In this document: piece after piece, positions 53,170-64,000 of the stretch
How positions within the stretch are numbered: the first letter of the stretch is position 1
Layout of the letters: each line of letters opens with the position of its first letter
Notes under the pieces: generated by a model
What the model saw: only the letters and a program-made list of their open reading frames with translations
Database searches by the model: none
What the model was told of the DNA's origin: nothing
Source of the DNA: Octopus sinensis
Taxonomy: Eukaryota
Length of the DNA: 64,000 nt
Direction of reading: 5' to 3'
Assembly (NCBI RefSeq): GCF_006345805.1
Contig: NC_043005.1
Coordinates: 78,430,001 to 78,494,000, forward strand
Made by a program: the position numbers and the translations under genes

Positions 53170-53510
53170 TCCTCTTCATCTTTCTTCTTCTCCTTCCTTC
53201 TTCATTTTCCTTCTTCTTCTTCTTCTTCTTCTTCTTCTTCTTCTTCTTCTTCTCCTTCTTCTTCTTCTTCTTCGTTTTCTTCCTTCTTCTGCTTTTTCTT
53301 CTTCTTCTTTTTCTTCTTCTTCTTCCTCCTCCTCCTTCTTTTTCTTCTTCGTTTTCTTCTTCTACTTCTTTTTCTCCTCTTTTTCTTTTTCTTCTTCTTC
53401 TTCCTCCTCCTCCTTCTTTTTCTTCTTTTTCTTCTTCTTCTTCTTCCTCCTACTTCCCTTCTTCTTCTTCTTCTTCTTCTTCTTCTTCTTCTTCTTCTTC
53501 TTCTTCTTCA
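53170..53510. repeat. (TTC)n/(TCC)n polypyrimidine trinucleotide tract
   Basis: About 340 nt of almost pure pyrimidine; source of the poly-S, poly-F and poly-L ORFs. Confidence 0.95.
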
Positions 53511-53797
53511 GCCAAAACCAAGTAAGTGAATTTGAATAGACAGAAACTGAAACAACAAAAACATTATTTATTTATTATTTTTTTTTTACTTGTTTCAGTC
53601 ATTTCACTGTGGCCATGCTGGAGTCTCGCCTTTAGTCAAGCAAATCCACCCCAGCACTTATTCTTTGTAAGCCTAGTACTTATTCTGTTGGTCTCTTTTG
53701 CCAAACCGCTAAGTTACGGGGACGTAAACACACTAGCATCAGTTGTCAAGTGATGTTAGGGGGACACACGCAGACACACACACACACACACACACAC

Positions 53798-53834
<37 letters not shown>

Positions 53835-54182
53835 CTCCACTGAGCATTTTGCCCAGCATGCTGGTGGTTCTGTCAGCTCTCTACCTTATTGAAACATAGT
53901 TCTCAGAGAGATTCAGCATGACAGAATGTAACAAGGCTGGCCCCTGGGAATTACAGGTATAATTCATTCTTATGAGGTGAATGGAATGGAGCAATGTGAA
54001 ATGAAGTGCTTTGGTCAAGGACATAATGCACTGCCAGGAATTGAACTCATGACCATATAATAATGAGCCAAGCACCCTAACCACTAAGCTACCTGCCTCC
54101 AAGAATGAATTATACCTGTAATTTAATGGGCATTAAATGATGGCTATTTACAATGGACAGATAGGTGTCCTCATCTTGTTTG

Positions 54183-54232
54183 TTGTTATCACGTTTCGGC
54201 TGATGTACTCTCCAGTCTTCATCAGGTGTCCT
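54183..54232 (-). ncRNA. Degenerate hammerhead-like motif (Penelope-like terminus)
   Basis: Minus strand: GGACAC CUGAUGA A GACUG-GAGAGUACAU-CAGCC GAAA CGU GAUAAC. Core intact, one mismatch in stem II, and G rather than H after the ACGU palindrome. Confidence 0.4.
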
Positions 54233-55664
54233 GGTGGAATTTTGAACCCACCCCTTTATTTGACTAGTAGGGTACGCTTTTCTCATTCCTAAGGTATGTT
54301 GTTATTTTTCTCTTGGTATCATTTTCCAAGTCCCTGCCTGGAATTGAACTTAGAATTGATGTACATAATTCCTCATCCCCAAAGCATAAAAAAGCATTAA
54401 ATGATTGTGTCAAATACACCGCAAATGCCTGTAATCTGATATGATTATTCCATCTTTGGCCCAAACCGACCAAGTTGAAGTTATATATTTCAACACACGG
54501 CATATGCTTGTGATGCGTAATGTACAGTAGGGAAAGAGAAGAAAATACGTTAATTTTTACCCAATTAAGCTGTTATGTTCGACAGACTGAATAAAAATGA
54601 AAAAACATAATTCAGTTTGTTTGCTTTAAGATTAGTCTTTGTTTATTTATTTATTTATTTGTTTTTCTCCGAAATTTTGCTTTTCACCGTTTATAAGACT
54701 TTGAATCATGTATTGGTGTATATCTTGGCCTTAGCACAAGAAAACTTTGTGCTGTTATTTGAAGAGAAAGCAAAATAGCCATCAAACAATCATTGGAGGG
54801 TTTTTTTTTCTTCATTTTCTTTTTTTTTCTTTCTTTTTTTTGGTCTTTGAGGAGTAAAATGGCTTTTATTTAATTTGACATTTTTCTCCAAAGTATTTCC
54901 TTGTCAAAGTCAATAAAATTTGAAGGGTGTGCATGCGTGTGTGTGGGGGGGGGGGCACCCATGTTTGTGTGTTCATGTATGTGTGTATGTGTATGTGTGA
55001 ACATGTGTACATGCATGCATATGTATGTATGTGTGCACGTGTCTGTGTGCACCTGCGTCTTAATGTGTATGTGTGCGTGTGTCGATGCATGCATGTATGT
55101 GTATGTGCACCTATATTTATGTCACTGTGTGTGTGTGTATATGTGCATGCATGTGTGTGCATGTGTGTTCCCCTTCTCCACCATGCCCCACAAACATTTC
55201 CATAAAAGCTGGGCCTGACAAATTCTCCCATATTCCAACCCTTGTTTTTCAACCTTTAAACATGCAGCCAACCTCCGCAACTAATCCACCCCCACCTCAC
55301 ACCCATCTAGCCCCGACCCCACAACCCACTCTTAAATTCTTCGCCATCCCTGCCGCTGCCCTTCACCTTACACTTCAACGCCACTCACCCTCTTTATCAA
55401 TCCACCCTCATCACCCCCACCCTGCTCACCTTCACCCCCGCCATGTCTCTTTCTTTGGAAAAAGTCTGCTGCTATGTCAATATTTTGTCCTCTGATAAAA
55501 AAAAAAAAAACACGAAAAAAAAAACGAAGAAAAAAAACTTGAAGCCAATTTTCCCAATTCATTAGAAGCTTTTCAGGTCTTTTCTTCCCCATTTCTATTG
55601 ATGAAATCACTAACTTTATTATTTTTCTCTCTTTAAGTTTTAAAAAGATGTCTAAATAAGAAAC

Positions 55665-55697
55665 AATTGTGTGTGTGTATGTATATGTATTTGTTTA

Positions 55698-55728
<31 letters not shown>

Positions 55729-56015
55729 GTATGTATTCGTTTATATATATATATATATATATATGTGCATGTATGTATTTCTATATATGTGTATGTATGT
55801 ATATGTATTCGTTTATCTATATATATATATGTGCACGTATGTATTTCTATATATGTGTATGTATGTATATGTATTCATTTATATATATATATATATGTGC
55901 ATGTATGTATTTCTAAATATATGTATATGTATTTGTTTATATATATATGCACATGTATGTATTTCTATATATGTATGTATATGTGTGTGTATATATGTAT
56001 ATACATATGTATGTT
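55665..56015. repeat. Minisatellite with a unit of about 62-64 bp, derived from (TA)/(TATG)
   Basis: gtgcatgtatgtatttctatatatg (or close variant) recurs at about 55765, 55831, 55897 and 55947. Confidence 0.75.
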
Positions 56016-56725
56016 ACAAATAATTATATGTGTGTGTGTATTTATATTTATATACACAAAACAGGAGAGAATATCATCTACTCAACAACTCCATTCACTT
56101 TTGTTGCACATTTCCATACATCTGTCTACTTGTTTTGGATTCATTCTATTTATTTTTTTTTTCTTACACCCCCCTCTCGCCTATCTTTCCCCCTCCCCTC
56201 CAATTCAACCTTTTTATTAAATGGCTAATTTCTCTTTTTCCTTTTCTCACTTACTCACATCTGCCTTCACTTCAGTAATATTTAATAATGATGATAAAAA
56301 TAATAACAATAATGATAATAATAATAATAATAATAATAATTTTTCCTTTATTTTTAATAAGATTAATACTTTCTATATTTTTAACACTATTAATAAGAAT
56401 GCTGTCTTTCTTGTAAGCAATAAGTGATATGGATAATAATAATAATAATAATAATATCAGTACTTTCCATATTTTTTTATAATAATAGTAATAATGATTT
56501 CTACCTTTTAGATGATATAAAAATTAAAAATTATGTTTAAATATATATATATATATAAATAAATTAATAAGATGCAGGAGTGGTTGTGGGATAAATAGCT
56601 TACTTACCAACATGGTACCTTGGGTAAGTATCTTCTACTATTGCCTTGAGCCATCCAAAGCCTTGTGAGTGGATTTGGTAGACAGAAACTGAAAGAAGCC
56701 TGTCGTATATATATATATATATATA

Positions 56726-57747
56726 TCTATATATATAAAACTGAGAATGTGTGTCTGTCTGTCTGTCTGTGTGTTTCCCTAAAACTTGAGAACTACACAA
56801 CCAATTTCATTCAAATTTTACACGTGCCTTACTTAGGGTCCATGTAGTTTCATGGGCAAAAAAAATGTTCAACTTCTTGCCCAGAACGAGCCCATAGCAA
56901 TATCATATCTTCTCCACTATTTCAGTATTATGCGTTAAAAGTGAAACAAAAACATTTCTCTATTTTACGTCAGATACTTTCACTTTAACAATAAAAATAA
57001 TAATAACAATCGAATTATATGTAGTAAGCAATAATTAAAATCAAACTAAAGTATAATATAATCGTAACATAACAAAAGTAAAAATAGCAATTGGTATAAA
57101 ATTGCATCAATGACTTGAACTTGAATAAGTGGTTTCACATGAATGGGAATAAATTAAAAATAAAATTAGCGTGCAGAAATGGAATAGTCCAGATGGATAA
57201 TAAAAAATTAAATTAAAGAAAAGACTATTGTCTATAAAGTATACAATGTAGAGAAAAAAGATTTGAACTCATGGAGGAAAGCACCTTTGAAAAGTGTCTT
57301 GGTGCGACTATGAAAGATATCTAATTAGAGGCTTACAAATTCGCCACAATAGAAGCAAGGTTCGAGTCAATGGAGCGTGCAAGGGAGTACTCGACTCGAA
57401 CTTGCAAAGTAGAAATATTTTATTTTTACCTTTATATCTGGGATGTAGGACGTGCCAGAAAAAAATTTAAAATGCCCCCCCTCCCCAGAAGTAGAGGTAG
57501 GCTGGATTGTAGCCACACTTCTATACAAGAGGGAGGACAAGATACAATTGATCGAAATTACAAGAGACGGGCTAACAATTCCAGTCTGTTATATATTTTG
57601 AGTATTGTTATCACTAGCGATATCAAGATATAACTTTGTATTTTGTATTTTATGTGTAGATGTATATATATAGATGTACATGTAATATGTACACATATAT
57701 ACATGCACTAGCACTATGACCCGGCAACGACGAGTCTTTAATGCTAG
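56726..57747 (+). mobile_element. Non-autonomous Helitron (family H1), copy 2, inserted in the internal (TA)n of a family-A SINE
   Basis: a|TCtatatatataaaactgag ... gacccggcaacgacgagtctttaatgCTAG|t; reverse complement of 13422-14588. SINE head at 56572-56705 and SINE tail at 57790-57950 flank it. Confidence 0.88.
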
Positions 57748-57755
57748 TATATATA

Positions 57756-57788
<33 letters not shown>

Positions 57789-58689
57789 ATATGCTGGTGT
57801 GTTTACCTCCCTGTAACTTAATGGTTCAGCAAAAGTGAATAAGTACTAGGCTTACAAAGAATAAGTCCTGGGGTCAATTTGTTCAACTAAAGGCAGTGGT
57901 CCAGCATGGCTGGAGTCAAATGACTGAAACAAATAAAAGATTAAAAGAATATATATAAGATTAATTCTCTGTATAGTTTTAATATAAGAGCAATAAGAAT
58001 GATAATAATTGATGGTGATCTTGATAACAATAATAATAATAATAATAGCAACAATAATCCCTTCTACTATCAGCTCAAGGCCTGAAATTTGGGGGAGGGT
58101 ACTAGTTGATTACATCGACTTCAGTACTTTACTGGTACTTACTTTGTTGACCCTGAAAGGATGAAAGGCAAAGTCAACCTCAGCAAAATTTGAACTCGGA
58201 ACATGAAGACAGGCTAAAATGCTTTGCGGCATTTCATCTATGTACTAACAATTCTGCCAGCTCTCCACCTTAATAATAATAATATTCTATGTATTATAGG
58301 TACAAGGCCTGAAATTTTGAGGGAGGGAACATAACAGTTGCATTGACCCCAGTATTCAACTGGTACTTATCGAGTTCAGTCGACAGTTTTTTATATGCTG
58401 TAAGCTTTAATTGATAGTTCAAACAAATTATATATAGAAAGCATTTATTTGTCAAAACAGATCTCTTCAGTTTGGCTCACAGGTTTTTCAATTATTTTCT
58501 TTTAACTAAACAGTTTGAAACTTTGTATACCAGTCAAATTTCACATGCTGATCACGGTTTACTTTCAATGTTTTTGACAAAATTTTGTATTTTAGAAGTT
58601 ATTTTGTGTTAAAGTTGTTGTATTTGGGTAATTTTAACCAATCAATGAGGGATATTCAACTGAAGAAACCTACTGCTGTTTGCAATAGT

Positions 58690-59512
58690 AATTGAAGAAT
58701 TTATGCTGGTTTATTACGCTTGGACCATGATCGTTTTCGATTGATGTTATTATAGACAATCCATTTTACATCACCAGTGATGATTCATTTCAAGTGATGG
58801 TCAATTTCATTGTGTTTGAGACGCATATGGCAAATATTGATTCATTGTGTTAGGTAATTCTCTTTTAATTTATGTGGAACCCAAATATCGAGCTTCTTAA
58901 CGAGTCTGAATTCTAAGTGATTTTCAAATGTTGTGTGTGACACATTTAACCTCTCTGCAGTTTCTTGCACAGTTATGTAACAATCAGATTCCATTATCAA
59001 CAGGTCATCATCAACTTCTGGAGGTCGACCAAAACGTTGGTCATCTTTGGGTACAATATCTCCAGAATGGAATTTTCAAAACTATTTCTGACCTGTGTGC
59101 TTTGTTAAGCAATCAACACCATAAACTTCACATATCTCTTTGTGAGCCTCAGCAGCTTTCTTGCCTTTACGGAAATAAAAAAGCAAAATATGGCAAAAAT
59201 GTTCTTTTTTTGCACTCCATATCAAAATTGATACTGAACTAACAGTTCTGAACAAAATTATGTGCAATTTGCTTTTAAAGGAAGCCGAAAGTAATGGCTA
59301 TCAATTGTCAAAATGAAAAAATCATAACGTATAGACGTAGGAGTGGCTGTGTGGTAAGTAGCTTGCTTACGAACTACATGGTTCCAGGTTCAGTCCTACC
59401 GTGTGGCATCTTGGGCAAGTGTCTCCTAATATAGCCTTGGGCCAACCAAAGCCTTGTGAGTGGATTTGGGAGATGTAAACTGAAAGTAGTCCGTCGTATG
59501 TATGTATGTATA

Positions 59513-59546
<34 letters not shown>

Positions 59547-59830
59547 CACTCATATGTGTGTGTTTGTCCCCCCAACATCGCTTGACAACCAATGCTGATG
59601 TGTTTATGACCCCGTAACTTAGTGGTTCGGCAAAAGTGACCGATAGAATAAGTACTAGGCTTACAAAGAATAAGTCCTGGGGTCAGTGTGCTCGACTAAA
59701 GGCGGTACTCCAGCATAGCCACAGTCAAATGACTGAAACAAGTAAAAAAGTAACATTGACAAAAGTCATTCAAAAAAATTGTAATTCTATTTATTTGTGA
59801 AAAACGAAATTACTTTCTAGACAACCCAAT
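58690..59830 (-). mobile_element. Decayed mariner (DD34D-type) transposon interrupted by a SINE
   Basis: Minus strand: KEHFCHILLFYFRKGKKAAEAHKEICEVYG (ORF 59082..59267), WVPHKL at 58866-58883, TGDVKW at 58761-58778. TIR-like aaacgaaattactttctagacaacccaata at about 59802-59831. Confidence 0.88.
59334..59751 (+). mobile_element. Family-A SINE inserted into the mariner 5' region
   Basis: Complete head, microsatellite and tail modules lie between the mariner ORF start region and its TIR. Confidence 0.85.
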
Positions 59831-60176
59831 ATATATGTATACACACAAACACACACACAGAGTTAGGCAAAGGCTAGCAGGCTGAAACTTAGAAGTCCCT
59901 GTCACCCCTCTTCTAGTAAAAGTTAAATAGATAAATACTCTCTTGCAAAGTATTGTTTCTTCAGTTTAAAGTTAAACTATTTTTATAATAATTTTACATA
60001 ATAACCAACATTACTATATATACAAACTCTCTTATACACACGCATGCGCACCTTCGTTTTGGGATCACTACTACTTTATTATCTCCCCTTCTCCCTAGCT
60101 CTCCTCTGTGACCCTCCTGTCCGGCATTTGGCATGATATATCGCTACCCACTACACATTCTGTATTTTCTCTCTTT

Positions 60177-60218
60177 GTCCCTTTCTGAGGAAAAGCGTAG
60201 GCTTGAAATGTTAAAGAC
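60177..60218 (+). ncRNA. Candidate minimal type-I hammerhead ribozyme motif (Penelope-like terminus)
   Basis: CUUU CUGAGGA A AAGC-GUAG-GCUU GAAA UGU U AAAG: stem I 4 bp, CUGANGA core, perfect 4-bp stem II with a tetraloop, GAAA, AUGU stem III and U at the cleavage position. Confidence 0.5.
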
Positions 60219-60347
60219 TTTTTCACTTCTCAAGTGCTATACTAATACATACATACATACATACATATATATATATATACATACACACACACACACACAC
60301 ACATATGAATACACTCATATGCACGCACACATACAGATACATCATAT

Positions 60348-60378
<31 letters not shown>

Positions 60379-60934
60379 CATACATACACACATGCATATT
60401 CACATACATACAAACACACACAGACAGATGATCTTTCCCTGTTTTGTCTCTTTATTATATTTCATTCTCAGTTTAATTTCATTGACGCTCGTTAAGAGTA
60501 ACAATAGGGCTCGTAATTGTATTCCGTACTTCATTATTCAATTACTTTCAAACATAATTTCTAGAAAACACTAGAATAAGAATAGCTGGATTTCAAAATG
60601 ACAGAAGGTTGTTCATGATTATTATTATTATTATTATTGTTATGTTAAGTAGAGACCCTTGTGTTTGTTTGTTTACTAGGATTCTCTTGAATCTGTTTCC
60701 AACTCTTTGTCTGTTATCTTTTGAGTGTTTGCTTCAAACCTGGTAAAGGTACTCCACAAAGGACTGCTAACAATTGAACAAAAAACACTATGAGATTGGG
60801 GACTGAAGACTGTTGCTGCCTCTAGTGAAAGGACTAATTTTGTTGGTGGGACATGTATAGAATGTTTATGGAATCGAGAGGTTGAGAGCATCTCTGCTCT
60901 GTTTGGAGTCAATAGCTGGGATGATTACTTTTGT

Positions 60935-61087
60935 TTATACATAAGAGCATCCATCTTGTGTTTTATATATGTTCTTGCGTGTGTCTGTGTTTATATGTAT
61001 ATATGTGTGTGTGTATATATATTATATATATATATATATATTATATATATATATATGTGTGTGTGTGTATATATATATATATACACG

Positions 61088-61134
<47 letters not shown>

Positions 61135-61239
61135 TATCTATCTATCTATCTATATATCTATCTATCTATCTGTATGTGCATGTATGTGTATATATATATA
61201 TGTGTGTGTGTATATATATATATATTATATATATATATA

Positions 61240-61275
<36 letters not shown>

Positions 61276-61552
61276 CAGCTTGATAGATGGATAGATAGAT
61301 ATGCTTATATCATCATCACTTTAACATGCACTTCGCCATGTTGAAGCAGACTTTCTATAGCCAGATGTCCTTACTGTTGCCAACCCTTATCTGTTTCCAA
61401 AGAAGGTTATATGGTTATGTTTGTCCATTACGAGACATGACTTGGTAGACTGGGAGCCAAAGGGGCTGCTTGCATGATTAGTAACACTTGCTTGCATCTA
61501 TCACAAAGTCAAGGCAAGGAGACAGTTACACGCTTGCATCAATATATCTATA

Positions 61553-61639
<87 letters not shown>

Positions 61640-61829
61640 TTATCTGTATGTGCATGTGTGTGTATATATATATATGTGTGTAGGCTTCCTACAGTTTCCA
61701 CCCTCAAAATATGCTCACAATGCTTTCGTTGGCACAACATTATAGTAGAAGTCACTAAGGTGCCATGCACTAGGACTGAACCCAATACCATGTGCTTCAG
61801 AAACAAACTTCTTACAACACATTCATGCC

Positions 61830-61862
<33 letters not shown>

Positions 61863-62059
61863 TTATTTTGTGTGTAAATATCTATATATTGTGTGCGGGT
61901 ATGATGCATATACATACCCACGTTTATATTTGGTATGTAAATATCTATATCTATGCATGTGTATATATACATACATTATTATCATCATTGTTTAACGTCC
62001 TTCTTCCATGCTAAACATATATGTATATTGTATATATGTGTACATTGCATATATATTGC

Positions 62060-62092
<33 letters not shown>

Positions 62093-62590
62093 CACGTATA
62101 TATATATATACAGCTAGATAGATAAATACATAGATATGCTTATATCATCATCATCACTTTAACATGCACTTTGCCATGTTGAAGCAGACTTTCTATAGCC
62201 AGATGTCCTTACTGTTGCCAACTCTTATCTGTTTCCAAAGAAGGTTATATGGTTACGTTTCTCCATGACAAGACATGTCTTGGTAGATTGGGACAAAAGA
62301 GACTGCTTGCATGATTAGTAACACTTGCTTGCATCTATCACGCAAAGTCAAGGCAAGGAGACAGTTACACGCTTGCATCAATATATCTATCTATCTATCT
62401 ATCTGTATGTGCATGTATGTGTATATATATATATATATGTGTGTAGGCTTCCTACGGTTTCCACCCTTGATATATCCTCTCAACGCTTTCGTTGGCACAA
62501 CAGTATAGTAGAAGTCACTGAGGTGCCATGCACTAGGACTGAACCCAATACCATGTGCTTCAGAAACAAACTTCTTACAACACAGTCATG

Positions 62591-62637
<47 letters not shown>

Positions 62638-62851
62638 TCATCATCATCATCATCGTTTAATGTCCGTTCTCCATGCTAGCATGGGTACATAAGAGCATCC
62701 ATCTTGTGTTTTATATATGTTCTTGCATGTGTCTGCGTTTATATGTGTGTGTGTATATATATATATATATATTTGTGTGTGCGGGTATGATATATATACA
62801 TACCCACATATATATTTGGTATGTAAATATCTATATCTATGCATGTGTATA

Positions 62852-62908
<57 letters not shown>

Positions 62909-62950
62909 TCAGCATCATTGTTTGACATTAGTTTTCCATGCTTGTATGGG
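60935..62950. repeat. Diverged local tandem duplication (period about 0.84 kb) of SINE remnants and microsatellites
   Basis: catcactttaacatgcactt at about 61313 and 62153; gcatgattagtaacacttgcttgc at about 61471 and 62308; acataagagcatccatcttgtg at about 60938 and 62686. Confidence 0.8.
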
Positions 62951-64000
62951 TTGGACAGTTTAACTGAGGCCTGGAGAGCCAGTAGCTGGATGCCCTTCCT
63001 AATGCCTACCACTCTGAGACTGTAGTAAGTGCTTTTTATGTGTCACCAGCACGGAAGCCAGTCAGGGAACACTGGCATTGACCAAGTTCGAATGATTCAT
63101 TTTACGTGCCACCGGAATGGGAGCCAGTCAGGGGGCACTGGCTACAGCTATGATTTTGGTTTTGCTTGACTCAACAGGTCTTCTCAAGCATATCGTATTG
63201 CATGACACATCAAGAGTACTCTTAAATGGGTTGGACATGCAACTCTGGCATTAGCCATAGCTATGATCTTACTTTGGTTACCAAGTCTTCTCAATCATAG
63301 CATATCTCCAAAGGTCTCGCTCTCCTGCCATTGCCTCTCTGAGGCCCAATGTTCGAAGGTCATGCTTCATGTCAAAGTAGATACTGGGGCATGAAAAGGT
63401 TCTCCAGCTCAACAGACCCTGTCAACCCATCCAAGCCATACCAGCTTGGGATGCTGATGTTACATAATAATGCTGCTGGTGATGATGATTATAACAGTGG
63501 TAGTGATGATGTTGGTGATGATTGTGTGTGTTTATACATGTGCATACCTCTCTCTATATGGATTATGTGCATACATGTACACTTAGCATATACATATTAT
63601 GTGAAGGTATGTGGCTAAGTGGTTTGGTATTTGGCTCATGATCAAAAAATTGTGAGTTCGATTACTGGTGATGTGTCATCTCCTTAAGCAGGCCCTTTTT
63701 TGTTTCATGTTGCTCCAGTCCACTCGGCTGATAAAAATGAGCTGTACCAGTAATTCTGAAGGGCCAGCCTTGTCACATTCTATGTCATGCTGTATCTCCC
63801 TGAGAACTGTGTTAAGGATATGCAAGTGTATGGAGTACTCAGCCATTAATTTTATGAGCAGACTGTTCCATTAATTGGATCAACTGAAACTCTTGTCATT
63901 GTAACCTACAGACTGCCTGTTATATATATTATATATATTATCGGAGGTGTAGCTAGGGTGGAGCAAGCAGAGCACATGCCCTGGGTGCCACTTTGAGGTG

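Noticed and set aside
60676-60912. 78-aa minus-strand ORF as an exon or LINE fragment
   Set aside because: No motif I can name with confidence; both strands contain stops nearby.
1079-63025. Dozens of YI/CV/HT-rich ORFs (e.g. 36433..37270, 4763..5347, 55669..56220)
   Set aside because: They are translations of (TA)n, (TG)n and (TCTA)n microsatellites.

Overview
AT-rich, repeat-saturated eukaryotic DNA. The SINE/LINE families and (TA)n/(CA)n microsatellites point to an octopus (cephalopod) genome; this is inference from recall, not a search. The only host gene I can support is UDP-glucose:glycoprotein glucosyltransferase (UGGT) on the + strand. Three consecutive coding exons of its C-terminal GT24 catalytic domain lie at 21339-21442, 22096-22152 and 23734-23965, spliced in frame through GT-AG sites. 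I found neither the preceding exon (...FVDADQ) nor the following one (CNNP...), so most of the window is probably UGGT intron. The rest is tRNA-derived SINEs, RTE LINE 3' fragments, Tc1/mariner relics, non-autonomous Helitrons, TTAA piggyBac-type MITEs, micro/minisatellites and two local tandem duplications. Nearly all listed ORFs are microsatellite or SINE artefacts. The most interesting observations are: three different minimal hammerhead-ribozyme-like motifs (Penelope-like termini); a near-perfect 250-bp palindrome; two piggyBac MITEs nested inside copies of their own family; a roughly 10-copy SINE pile-up; and an in-frame (phase 0-0, 393 nt) UGGT exon block bracketed by inverted SINEs. I found no clearly new biological system.
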